Shown here piece after piece: positions 25,801 to 38,254 of a DNA stretch of 64,000 nt; the first letter of the stretch is position 1; each line of letters opens with the position of its first letter. This DNA comes from Parasitella parasitica NRRL 2501 (lineage: Eukaryota; Fungi; Mucoromycota): contig MU619308.1 of assembly GCA_025201805.1 (NCBI GenBank), positions 62,001 to 126,000 of the forward strand. The letters are read 5' to 3'. Both the position numbers and the translations under genes were made by a program. Under the pieces are notes generated by a model. It worked only from the letters and a program-made list of their open reading frames with translations, was not told the DNA's origin and did not search any database.

Positions 25801-28800
25801 CCCTTTCTGCAGAGCTGTGGAACAGTTCTGAATTCTCGGCATGCGTGTTCCGAAGACGGCTTGCATTGATCATGTCGTATAGACTCGTCAGCGATGCCCG
25901 AATATTAAGCACAGTGTCTCCAGCTATGTCCAATTTGGCCATCAGGGACTCAATCATGTCTGCAGTTATCGTGTGTTTGTACTCTGCGATTTCCAAATGA
26001 AGACGATCATATTTTTTGGACTCGAGGAAATCAATACGCTTTTGCCACCCGCTAATCTGTTGGTCTGTTACATTGGCCGCCTCAGTAGCATTGATGTCGC
26101 TTTCGAGCGATTCAAAGGATGTCATCAGATGAGCAATGCGGTTGCTTAATTCGGCTGGTAAAAGTGCGATGGATAATGCATTGGATACCTCTTTGGTCTC
26201 TGATAGTAGGTCATTCCACTGATGGCTGATAGCTTCAAAGCTTTCGCACACCTGATCGTATTCTTGCAGCTTATCTTGCTTCTCTTCGTCGCTGAGCAGA
26301 CCTTGCTCGTCAAACAGTTGAATGTACTTTTCTCGATAATTGCAGAGCAGAGTGAAGTTGTTGTCTTGGGCCTTCATGGCTGTTTGAATGCTCTCAGCTT
26401 CGCTTACTGCGTCCCTTAAATGGTTGATGTCCATCGACAAGTTTTCGTCGTCTAGAATATGCACACTCTTTTCAAGAACATCTCTTCTTGACGAAATCCA
26501 AGTGTTACAGACATTGATTTGCCGTTTGAATGTCTCCAAAATATACTGAAGCCGAGTAAATACTTCTTGAGATTTGAGTAACGAGGACAAGCTTTGGACC
26601 AATTCATCCAGCCTTGAGATCTTTGTAGAAATCACATCTTGAACCACCGAATTCATGGTTTTGTCTTTTACTTTTGTAGGCATTGAAATGTCTTCTTCGT
26701 TGGATCTCTTGGGAACGAGGATATCATTGCTCGCAAAAGCCTTGACTTTGTCGACTCGCGCGGTGAATTCCTCGAGCCTCTTGGTTAATTCAGAGGAAGA
26801 TGCGGCTAATTGAGGCACATGCTCGCCCGCTGATGATGTCAAGAATAGCTCTCTGATGGCTTCCGCATCCTTCTCCAAATCTATCGATTGCTGCAGGAAT
26901 CGATCAATCTGCTTCTTTTGCGTGATGAGCTCTTGGGCATAAGAAATGTCAGCATCAACGTAGACTTCGGCTTGGTTCAGCAATTCGATTCGCTTGGCAT
27001 GCAATTCAGACATGAAGCCAGGCTTCAATGCATCAGAAATACTTTGCAGCGATTGATATTGTTGCTTGATATCGGATAGAATAGAAGACCGATAGTCGTC
27101 AAAAGATGATTTTTTCACCTTCCACTCGGATTCAATGCTGTCTTGTTGTGATAAATCTGGATTCCATCGACCTTTCTCTTCGACAAAAGACGCAAGGTCC
27201 TTCCTCTGCTGGTCGAGCTGAATCATGGCCTGCTTGATGCTGATTTCAAGATCAATTCTCTGCTGAATATACTCCAACTCGTTGGATCTCCAAAGAAGCG
27301 CGTCTTGCAGCTTGGTATAAGATCTGTTTAGCATGTCCATTTTCTCTTGGATGTGGATTGGTATGGATTTGGTCAGAGGCAGCTTGACAAACAGCGATGT
27401 CACTTGTTCGAACTCTGATTCCACTGGGTTCAAGACATCTAGCTTGTAGCGCTCGGCTTGTTGAGAAATATCAGATCGATGATCAACTAAATCTTGGATT
27501 GTTTCCTTGGATAACGTATCTTGTTGCGCTACACATTTATTCTTCTTCGAAACGTATTCCAAAAGCTGTTGGTTCAGAGAGTCCAGACGATCTAGGCTAT
27601 TGTCCATATTGGCTTCCCATTCCAGCCGCTTTTCACCCGTTTCCAGCATGAGTAATTGTGTAGTAAAAGACTGGCCGAGCAAAAGCATGCTGCGAGACAC
27701 ACACTCCCCCAGATTTCGACATGTCTCTGCTGTTCCCTCCACGGCAGATGAGGCATCACCACTCACTTGTTTTGCCAGCTCCTCAAGACACATCTGAAGG
27801 TCAGAAACTCGGGTGGATTCAAATTCGCTAAATTCTGATGCCAAGCGACTGTGTTCTGATTTGAACATGGTAATCATATCCAAGGACAGATTACTGGATA
27901 CAGCAGTAATGTCTATATGGTTTCTGTTCAACTTTCTGGTCAACTGGTCAATCCAATCCTGGATTCCGCTTGCTTCGGCTTGGTGTTTCAGCAGCTTAGA
28001 CTTGATGGAGTCTGCATACTTGTAAGAAGACAGAATGGCTGCTAGCGATTCATTTAGCTTCATCAGGGCATCCACGTTTTTGTTCACCAAAACTGTTATT
28101 TGAGTATTGTAGTCTTCAGTAGATACCAGCGTCTGTGGCTGTAATGAGGCAAACCAATCTCCTCCCTGTAATGGCTCAATGGATTTTCCTTGTTCAACCA
28201 GCTCCAGGATTTGGGTTTTGATACTAACGATTTGCTCTTGTAGCTGCTTTTGTTCTTCGGCAATGGTGTCATTGGCAGTGGTAGCGCTGGTGGTCGTCGA
28301 TGTGGACGTAGATGTTGCAGTGGTCAATTTGGTGGATGACGTTGTCTCCCTTAGAGAGTTTTGAATGGCTTCTTTTGCTGTCTCCCCTTGCGATTGAAGT
28401 TGCTGGGATCTAGCAACAAATTCAGCAATCACATCGTGTTGCTTCAGCACGTCAGAGACATAATTAGATAGCAGTTGCAAGTGGTAGTAGTCAGACTTGA
28501 TATCATTTTGCTTCTCAAGGATGAATTCAGGTGTTGCGTCTTGTTCGTTCACGTAAGCAGCATAAGTGTCCTGTAGCTGTTCGAACGCATCGTCAGAGGC
28601 AATAATCAGCAGATTGCTCTTTGATGTTTCAAGCTGGTCCAGGATTTGCGCGTGCAAATCTTGCTTATTCACTTGAATCTCTTGGGATAGTGCTTCCAAG
28701 TCACTTCTTCTCTTTTTTAGGCCCTCGGCATCGTACTGGGCAAAACGGTTGTCGAAATCCCAAAGCGTATGGGCTATTGCATCGATAGCACGATGCGCTT

Positions 28801-31800
28801 CCTCCCATTGAGCCTCCCAGACAATCCGCTTTCGTACAACATTGATTTCCTGCTTTCTAAGCTCCAATGCTTCCTTGAGATCCGAATGTCCCTGCTCAAG
28901 ATTTTCAATGCCATTCACCAGAGTTTGACGATCTATAGTCACTGAGTTGACACTGTCGATTTCAACTTCCAGCAGACGCACTGCATCGAGGACTCTGTTC
29001 ATCTCATGTTTTTCAAGATGTGCCAGCTTTAAAGCAACGCTGTCTTGCTCTTTTTCTAGTCGTTCAATTGTCTCTGTTTCTAGTTCGATGACATCCTCTT
29101 GGTCCAGTAGCATGGAAGAGTCAAACTTTTGGATAGCACGAAGCCTGTCCTCCAGCCAAGTGGTGATGCGGAACATGTCATCGTAAGCCAAACTAGCTCT
29201 CTGCTGAAGCGACAAGTTTTCACGGTGAGATGCAAGCAGCTCTTCGAGATCTTCTGTGATTTCAGCAAGATAAATGGCATGTTCGTTCATGCGGTTTCGA
29301 ATAGCTTGGTTTGCCTCTTCATTAGACCCGTCTTGGTCCTCTAGCATATCAGGCAGTTCTGGATAAGGAGCACGCTTCATCAGCACTGTGACCCAATTTG
29401 AAGAGTTGTCTTTGAATACTTGAACTCGCTCGTGGTAGTTGGCATCGCCTGTATGGTTAGCTGCAGTGGATGTGCTTGAGGACTGGGACATGGAACGCTT
29501 TAGCTTTTCTCCTTCCACCCGCAGCTTTTTAAACTGTGCTGCAATATCGCTCACAACTAAATACTGCTCCACGACTTTACGAGCAAAGGCACACTGCTTC
29601 ATCACCAGCTCAAACTGCCTTTCAAAAGCATCTTGTCTGTCTTCCAGATGCTGGGGTAATGGGCTTTGTAATTCTTCCATTTCCTGGTAGACATCCAGCA
29701 CTAGGGAGAAATCGCCCTTGTCAAATTCAGCAATACTGTTTTCCAGAGACACCAAGATCTGGATCACTTCCTCAGTCAGCTGCTTGAGTTGATGGTTTGA
29801 CAACTCTTCCTCGTCCGAGTGATCCCTAGTCCACCGTGCCTTCTCCAGTATAAAGTCTTGTATAGCTCTCTCTTTGGCTTGGCACCATTGTATGGCCTTG
29901 TCCATCAAAGTGTCCCATTCAATGCGCACTTTTAATGTATCGACCAGCTTGGAACGTGTCCGTAGCATGTGCATCATGCGATCCAAAATTGTCAGTGTAG
30001 TCAAGGTGATTTCAATGGTGGAAGCGTCTGCAGGGGTTAGGCTGCGGTCCGTTGTGCCTGTTAGTACACGAACATGCGAGCGTAATCGCGTCATGTCGTC
30101 CTGGTTGAAGCGTTCGATTTCGCGCCGCAGTTTGTCGTGATGGTCATAGAGTTGCTCTGTAGTTGCCGTGTCCCACTTACTAGCCATGAACTCTTTGCTG
30201 AGCGGGTCCACTTGGACCTCTTGATTGCGCTCCTCAATCACTCGAGTACGCTCCTCAATCCAGGCGCGAATGCGTTCGGCCTCTACAAACCAAACTCGCA
30301 CTTGATCCACCCATGCATTGACAGTTTCGTACTTGCTCTCGACGCCAGAAAAGAGCTCAGCCAGCCTTTTGTCGCCTTCAAAGAGATCGCAGTACTCTTC
30401 CTTGGTGTTGAAGATGGTCGACCGAACTGCGGATACCTTGCTTTCCAGCAGCTGAATGGCATCGTTCGTGGTTGCCTTTTCCTGACTATTGTTGTCGCCC
30501 ATCATTGATTCTATCGTCTCCAACTCGCTTTCCATAGATTGCACTGTGCTGATAACCACCAGACCTCGCTCAAAATTTTTGAGGGACTGGCGCTCTCTTT
30601 CCACATCAATGACCAAGGCATCGTACATCCCAAAGATCTGCGTAGATCTGGCAGATATCGTTTGCATGACGGAGCGTGGCAGTTGCCGTGTTGCCACCTT
30701 GAAATTTTTCCACACGGTGTTCTGGTACACACTGAACTTTTCACAGAACGCATGCAAGCTTGCCTTGTAGGCATCCGCATCGACTTGCGACCCCTCCAGA
30801 GGATGCAGCGAGGTGTGGTCGTCAGTAGGAGACACTTGGCCAAGCAGCTGCTTGTATTCAGCCAGCTCCTTCTCCAACACATTGGCGCGTGCCTGATACT
30901 CTTCAGCACCTTCTTCGGTATCAATCAGTGCACTTTCCACTGTCAACAGATCGTCCTTGGTGGTGTTCAAAAGGTCGTTGAATTGGTCCCACTCCTTCAG
31001 TAAGATGTCGTACAGCTTGGATACTTGAGTTCGTTGCAAGTCAGTTAATCTGATGAGCGTGTCGTCTGCAGTTTCAGGTGGTGATGTCAAAATGTCCTTT
31101 GCCTTCTCCGCCGTCTCCAGATGCTCTACCTCGCTGTCAGCTTGCTCCTCAATGATCTCCAATGCATCGATGTATTCGGATACAGCCAGGGAGCTTACGA
31201 ATTCCTCTGGTATTTCGTCAATCGTGCGTGTGTTTAGTTTGATGAATGAAAGGACGGTTTCGTGGATAGTCAGCAGTTGATCGAGGATCGGATGCACACC
31301 GTGGGGTAGATGGCCAGTCAGCTGCATCAGCAGTTTGCTGTTCAAGTCTGCTTTGATGCGGGCCGTGTCTTCTTTTCCCAAGGTGGACTTTCGCTGTGCC
31401 ATCTTCTTTTTTCGGCGCGCAGAGGGCATTGGGATTGGGACAGGCGGCTCTAGGTGCTGTGGCGAGGCTGATGGCAGGGATGAATTAGCGGGTATAGGGG
31501 ATTCGGTTTCAGGGATGGTTTCGAGCTCTTCCGGCTCCTGCTCCTGGTCTTCTGCAGCGAGTGAACCCCCAGCGGCCATGACAATCGCAGCTTTTCGTTT
31601 TACGGCGCGTTCTCGTTTTAAATTTATCGGCTCGTCTCTCTGGAACTTTGACATGACCTTGTAATATTCACTGACATACATGATCACACTGGGCTCATGC
31701 GGATATTCAACGTCTACCAAGTCTTCAGGCTCTAAGTAAGCCTGAATACCCATTTCATTGGTACCAAGATCAAACGCTAATCTCAGCAGCTGGTGCCATG

Positions 31801-32832
31801 TGTGCTTCTCTGCCAGATCCGCCGAGAGATGAGTATTGAACAAATCGGGTATATAAGCAGGGTTGTGCCGATGTATAAGTAAACAAAACGCAACTCCTGT
31901 TCTCCAGGACCTTGAAAAATCCTGGATGGCTGGTATGAGATTTGCAGCAATGTAATCCTCAAGCTGGATGCGAACCCAGTATAAAAGTGCCACTTTAGCC
32001 TCAGCGGTGGATGATGTGTGTTGTAGCTTGTCTGCTATGGAGTTTTGGCTATTGAATTTGCGAGACGACGATAGTGGCAGTGGCGTATTAAGGGCTGCTG
32101 CTGCCGCTGCTACTGCTGCTGCTGCTGCTGCTTGCTTGTTGACTTCCACGTTAAAATCTGACTTGGCTCCGTTTTCTCTCTCTGACAAATTCTATTTTTG
32201 CAAAAACAAAAACAAAGTGTTAGATCCATAGCACATCCCTGTGGTGCACAGCTAAACCAACTCACACATAAAGACTGCATGTAATCATCGCCATGCTCAG
32301 TGACAATCAGCTGGATTTGGTACTTTAGCATGATGAAGAAGATCAATGCCAACGTTTTTTTAGCGTCCCCGTTGACGATAGCCTCGTTTCCAATATCGGG
32401 CATAGTGTCTGATCCAACCTGCTTTTCTAAAAAGCCAAGCGCCTGAGCAACATTAGCAAGTTGATGAATGCGCATGTTCATACGCTCTGGCTTCGGCGCT
32501 GGTTCGCTGGATACGATTGATAGAAGCTTCAGCAGCTTTTTGCCATCTCGCAGATCGGTTTTGATATTATCAATAGATTCGTCCACCTGCTTGAGCTGTG
32601 CATTCACCCACTTTGTCAGGGTACGGATTTGTATGTCTTGGTAGTCTGATCCAATGTTGCGCACAATGTCGTCGCCAACAAAGTCGTATCCGATGGTGTT
32701 TTGGCGGGAGCGAGAAACTGGTTTTTTGCTGTTCTGGAAAAGAGAGCGATTGGACCCTGACTTTACCATGCTTGATCCAAAGAGTCGACTGGACGTCGAC
32801 GGTGAAGTCGCGTTCGATGAGGAATTGCTCAT
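22854..32832 (-). CDS. Giant (~3250 aa) spectraplakin-like cytolinker: CH1-CH2 actin-binding domain, spectrin-like helical rod, C-terminal GAR/GAS2 domain
   Basis: Exons 32832-32266, 32191-23370, 23276-23266 and 23206-22854 total 9753 nt, i.e. 3250 aa plus stop. CH1: QIRTLTKWVNAQL...DLRDGKKLLKLL. CH2: ALLYWVR...IQDFSRSWRTGVAFCLLIHRHNP. GAR: GKYWFG...YCRIL...VMVRVGGGWEELSRFMKDH. Confidence 0.9.
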
Positions 32833-32894
32833 ATTCCAACTGTTGTTGTGCAGAGAAGGAAAATAAAAGAGGAGATGTTGTTATGATAGACGTA

Positions 32895-32904
32895 NNNNNN
32901 NNNN

Positions 32905-32954
<50 letters not shown>
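32895..32954. other. Assembly gap (10 N) next to an approximately 50-nt poly-A tract
   Basis: nnnnnnnnnn at 32895-32904, followed directly by an A-run. Confidence 0.97.
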
Positions 32955-32957
<3 letters not shown>

Positions 32958-33084
32958 GTAGAACTCTCAAGAGAAAACAGAGAGAGAGAGCGAGAGGCTG
33001 GGAGAGGGGCTGCATCCAACAATTTAAGCGGATGATACAAAACCCTTTGTGTAATGTTTATTTCGAAATTACATTTGTAAAAGA

Positions 33085-34585
33085 CTATTGCTGTTGCTGA
33101 AGTTTTTCAAGCTTAATTTTAGCCTCTTGCTCAGTATTTGGCAGGTAGTAGAGGTGGGGGAGTGATTTCGTCTTTCTGAACAAGTCATCCAAAGAAATCT
33201 CCCTTGGCTTTGTGTTTGCCGGTGGTAATTTCGCTGCTGGTGGATTGATCGGCTCTACAGCTTGAGCTAGCTGCTTTGTAATTTGACCGATACCAATGGA
33301 ACGAAATCGTCTTGAGCCATCGTCGTTACTAGACGAACCAGCGGAGCTCAGCGCCTCGCCGGCTTTAACCTTGCTAATCATGTCTTCCCAGTCAACTTTA
33401 ATACGCTTTTCTGCTGCATTCTGCTCGTACTCAATCAGCTTATCGGCCTGGTCGGATGTTAATTCTCCAACTCTGAGTACCCGACCAGTATCTGCAGGAA
33501 ATTTAATGCCATCGACTTTTGTAAAAGCGTCTTTTGACTGTAATCTAGTTTCGTACTGTTCGCCCTCTTTTGTTAGTTATTTCTTCCTTCCCAAGTATGA
33601 ATCCTGACTTACAGTGACATAGCAATGCGTTTTTATAGAATCCATCCAGAATCGCTTTACTGTGCCGTATTTTCCAAAGAGTTCCTGAACATGCTTGATA
33701 ATTAAAGGGCGAATAAAGCCTTTAACGTATATCGCCGTCAGGTCTCCTGAGTCGTGTTTATTTCCGTCTGTCTTGAGTCGTTTGTCTATAGAGTATCATT
33801 AAATATTCTGTACGCAGCATTGCTTTTCTCGTCGTTTTTCTTTTACCATCATCTTCTTTTGAATCAGATTCGAGTCTCTTTCTTTTAAGTCCCGAGTCAA
33901 CTTCAGTATCCATCATATCTTGGGTTTGCTTTTCAATCAATTGCTCTTGAGGTTTTTGAACCACTTGCTCTTGAGGTTTCTCACTTACTTGCTCCTGAGG
34001 TTTCTCAATCAACTGCTCTTGAGGCTTTTCAATCAGGCTTTCTTGGTGTTTCTCGACTTGTTGCGCTTGAGGTTTCGCAATTACTCCTTCTTGAGGTTTT
34101 TCGAGAGCTTGCTCTTTGTTCACTTTAGTTGAAGATTGGTCGATATCTGTTACTATCGGTACCTGGACCACCTCCTCCGCAGATCTCTCAATTAGTTGCT
34201 CTTCAGGTTTCTTAATTATTTGGTCTGCAGGCTTCTTGATTGGTGGTTCTACAGACTTTGCAACTGTTTCCAAAGGCTTCTCGATCAATTGTTCGGTGGA
34301 TTGTTCAATGACTGCACTACTTTCTGAAGTAATTTCAACGGTATCGTTTGTTTGAATGGCATTAGTAGAGTCTTTTTTGACAATTTTTTCTTGTTCAACC
34401 GAAGCTTGTTTCTCTGCAGGCTCATCGATCAATTGTTCGTTGCCATCGCTACTGTTCTCTCTTCCGAGCGCCTCTGTCAAACGAGCAACAAGTTCATCTT
34501 TTTTACCTTTGGTTGGTAACCCTCTTTTGCTTAGTTCAGCTCGAAGTTCAGTAACTTTTAAACTGGATGGTTTGAAATCAGACAT
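33085..34585 (-). CDS. ACIN1: Acinus-like splicing factor (SAP, RRM, RSB motif); ASAP/EJC-associated
   Basis: SAP: LKVTELRAELSKRGLPTKGKKDELVARL. Acinus-type RRM: AIYVKGFIRPLIIKHVQELFGKYGTVKRFWMDSIKTHCYV. C-terminal RSB: LDDLFRKTKSLPHLYYLP. Introns at about 33845-33787 and 33611-33555. Confidence 0.9.
33920..34110 (-). repeat. 24-bp coding repeat (EKPQEQxx) in the Acinus linker
   Basis: EKPQEGVI AKPQAQQV EKHQESLI EKPQEQLI EKPQEQVS EKPQEQVV QKPQEQLI. Confidence 0.85.
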
Positions 34586-36254
34586 ATTGCTAACTCTTGT
34601 TTGTATGAATAAAACGCGTCTACTGCAGTGTCTACTTTCTGATGCGCTTTTATTCTCATGTGAGACATGGAATGTCAGTCAACTTTAACAGGTCACGATC
34701 AGTCAGTTGCCATGAGGTCTTGATGGATGAAGGCTTGCTCTGTAAGATCATCTAAAGCATTTAATGTACATAAAGTATTTACAGTCCTTGGTATCAATGG
34801 ATACATGAGACATAATTCTTTAAGCTCTTTACAAGGACTCGCCTGCTTAACGCTTAAAACAGTAGCAATGAGCTATCTAGCTGCCAAACTGACCCCAGTT
34901 AATATCAAACGATCGCACTGCTGTGGTTATATTACATAGAACATTCAAAAGTTTTTTATTTATTATTATTTAAAGACAAAACTATATTTCTGTTAGTTCT
35001 CATAGCTGAAATGCCATGATTAGCAGGACCACCCACGAGCAGGGCGAAATACATATGGTCCCAATCCCCAGATCTCAACCCCCAGACCTCAACCCCCAGA
35101 CCCTAAATTGAGCTTCTTTCTTGATACTTGATCCTAAAGTCAAGACTTGTACCAACCAATGCACACACAAGCTTTGAATAATAGGGACTTCCAAGTCTAT
35201 TGGTGATACTAGACGCATCTCCATGCTTTATCAGCCAACATCCTTCAAACACTCCGTACCTGCCATTGGGACAGTGGCCCACACAAGAACCGCACCTACA
35301 CGTCGTGGCAGAGCATACATTCAGCTTCCAGTTCTTTATACAAGATGTACCAATTTAAATTGCCCAAGTAATACACCTATTTACTGTTTGGGATGCGAAG
35401 GGTTCACCTTCCAGTCGTAAGGGTTCCCCAAGCCAGTAGGCAGGATTCTCTGACTCTAAGCTTTCCTTCTGGCAGAGCTATAGCCATAGACACTACGTCA
35501 AAGTCTGATACTGGGTTGCAATGGTGCGACAAAGCGGATGACGCAAACCCAACACAGAGAGGGAACACCTATGCATCATTTCCAGTAGTCAGTCAATGTA
35601 TCCCCCACAACGACCCGAAGATCATTGCAGAGTAGACCAGTTTCGAAAGAAAGCTCCCTAGAACCGACAAGAACATCAATTAGGTGAATCAGATATGGAA
35701 AACCAGCAAAAACCAGGCAAAGTTGGCTATAAACACATCTTGTTAAGAGCCGATCAAGTCAAGAAGAAAGCTCAAGAGAATGAAAAAGAAAATTATTGCT
35801 GCGGATTAAATACACGCTTTTATATCGCGTAGCTGAAGCTGCTGGCGTCAAGCCTACAAATTACAGTGTCTATTTGATATAGGCACAATGCTTTTAAGTG
35901 ATTTTTATAATAGTTTAATGGAAATCATTGTGTTTGGCCTGCTTGAATCAAAAACTTAATTCTTATATGTAATGAAAAATGTTAAAGAGGAGATTCATGC
36001 ACTTCTTTTGACAGATGAAAGACTCTGCACGTAGCATAACCACACGTGATGGAGCATATTCAGGTGGACGAAAAATCACAGCAGAGGTTCAATGAACTCG
36101 AAAATAAGGGTAAAAGGAGCGAGTCATTAATGGATATACATAATATGAAGTACTTGTTGCTAATACTAATCAAGACCACCATCTAGGCTTTCATGTTTAC
36201 AAATTGGAACCCTCCATGTTGACTCATTTAACCTTGATTTCACGGTTTAAATGA

Positions 36255-36258
<4 letters not shown>

Positions 36259-36321
<63 letters not shown>
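36259..36321. repeat. Poly-T tract of about 63 nt
   Basis: Uninterrupted T-run. Confidence 0.95.
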
Positions 36322-36325
<4 letters not shown>

Positions 36326-37152
36326 CAGCAAAGATGTAGAGTGATGTCTTATATATGATGAGAATTGGCACAAATGTCCATCTACATGCTTTCTTGTCTG
36401 TACAGTATCCATCGTAGTAGTTCCTTGCAATGAAAAATAGGCTATAAAAGGGTTTTGGTTTATACTGTATTTGTGTCGAATTCAACACATCTCCAGTGAA
36501 CCAACTTGCCATAACTTTAAGGATATCACTGTTCTGCTTATTGATCATCGTTTACATCGATCGTATGACTTATGGCTGCAGATAACAATTCAAAGTTGGT
36601 GTAATCATAATACCTTGGTATAAATTTCCCTGAATTGCCCTGCAGTTAAATCCTGCTGGATAGACCTACCGAAAAGTTATATATGAACCTTTAGGAAATC
36701 ACCTATAGTCCCATTTAATTACTTTACTATATGCTATCAACAAATCAAAAGTACGTAAATAGCCTGGTCAATGGTATATCCTATCCAAATCAGCTTGGAG
36801 CAAGTACACTGAAATGACGTATTGCCACTGCATACTGTGCAACTTGGGGATTTGTGCATCAGGCATCAGTTACCACAAATTTGAAACTTTAAATCATAAT
36901 CTACACCCTTGTCTACGCGTGCGAAATACGAAAAAACTTGCTGTCAAACTCTCCTTCGTGAGAAAAGAAAGGAATCCGTCAAGGGTTAGGGACGTATATT
37001 TCTTTATAACAAACTTGAAGCAAGAGGTGTAACTTTATTTAATGAATAAAAAGCGTTGCACAATGTCAATTTTTTTTTCTTCGATTATAATATCTTAGTA
37101 ACAGTGTACGGTATTTTATATATACATTTTGATTTTTCTTTATCAAGGCGAT

Positions 37153-37864
37153 TTAGTTGACAGCCTCGAAATATTCCTTGGACTTTTGGACATCAGGCTT
37201 GATAGTCTTGGAACCAGCTTGCCAGTTGGCAGGGCAAACTTCACCATGCTCATCAGTGAACTTGAAAGCTTCAACGAGACGGAGAACTTCATCAACGGAG
37301 CGACCAACGGGAAGGTCGTTAATGGTGATTTGACGAACAGTACCCTTAGGGTCAATGATGAAGAGACCGCGGAGAGCGATACCAGCCTCTTCAATGAGGA
37401 CACCGTAGTCCTTGGCGATAGACTTGGTCTTATCAGCCAAGAGAGGAATGTTCATCTCGCCGAGACCACCTTGCTTACGGGGAGTATTAACCCAAGCAAG
37501 ATGAGAGAATTCTATAGAAAGAATTTTTAGTAACGCGTTTCCAGTTTCCATTCCAAAAAAAAAAAAAAAAAAAAAAACTTACCAGAATCAGTGGAAGCAC
37601 CAATAACGACAGTGTCCAAAGCTTCGAATTCCTTGATACGTTCAGAGAAAGCAAGAATCTCAGTGGGGCAAACAAAAGTGAAATCCATAGGGTACCAGAA
37701 GAATACAACGTACTTGCCCTTGTAGTCAGAGAGAGAAATGTCCTTGAATTCACCTCCAACGACAGCGGGAGCAGTGAAAGCGGGAGCAGGCTTTTGAACT
37801 TGAGCGACTGTAATATAGTTGTTAGCGTCAATTTACAACCAAATTGATAAATTTACATACCCAT
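37153..37864 (-). CDS. TSA1: Typical 2-Cys peroxiredoxin (3 exons; first exon has only 4 coding nt)
   Basis: ATGG|gtatgt...tacag gives [12 protein letters not shown]. Peroxidatic [19 protein letters not shown], resolving GEVCPANW, and C-terminal EYF. Confidence 0.97.
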
Positions 37865-37944
37865 TTTAGATATTGACTTTATTTCTAAACTTGAAAAAAA
37901 AAAAAGAAAAAAGAAAAGAAGAGAGTGTTCGACGGATAGGCCAC

Positions 37945-38143
37945 TATTTATAATCAAAGTCAAGTGTGCATTTATAACTCTTAGGTCAATCAACATCAAA
38001 ACATGATTTGCTCAAGAGGCCCTTGAAGAAACCGGAAGGCGAAAATGGCTTACTAAAATGCAAATCTGCCAATAGTAAATGTTTTTTTTTACAAATCTTG
38101 GCCTGATTCTACATTTTCTGTCAAATCATAAAACGCTTAGTCA
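37945..38143 (-). promoter_or_regulatory. TSA1 promoter: TATA box plus two Yap1/AP-1-type elements
   Basis: TATAAATA on the minus strand at about 37945-37952; TTACTAA at 38050-38056; TTAGTCA (TGACTAA on the minus strand) at 38137-38143. Confidence 0.55.
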
Positions 38144-38254
38144 TGTCAAAATAGCACTTTGCGTCGAGAAAAAAATATAGACAAAAACCTTAATATATAC
38201 TTTAAAAAAAATAAAGTGAAAATTTGTAGCACAAGTTCAAAACATTATGTTTAT

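Noticed and set aside
23500-32231. Many plus-strand ORFs of 60-150 aa opposite the giant gene
   Set aside because: Antisense shadows of a long coding exon, with no motifs of their own.
32570-33040. Poly-F and poly-K ORFs (also at 36240-36548 and 17197-17403)
   Set aside because: Translations of homopolymer tracts and an assembly gap.
37129-37530. 133-aa ORF antisense to TSA1
   Set aside because: Open antisense frames are a common result of strong codon bias in highly expressed genes.
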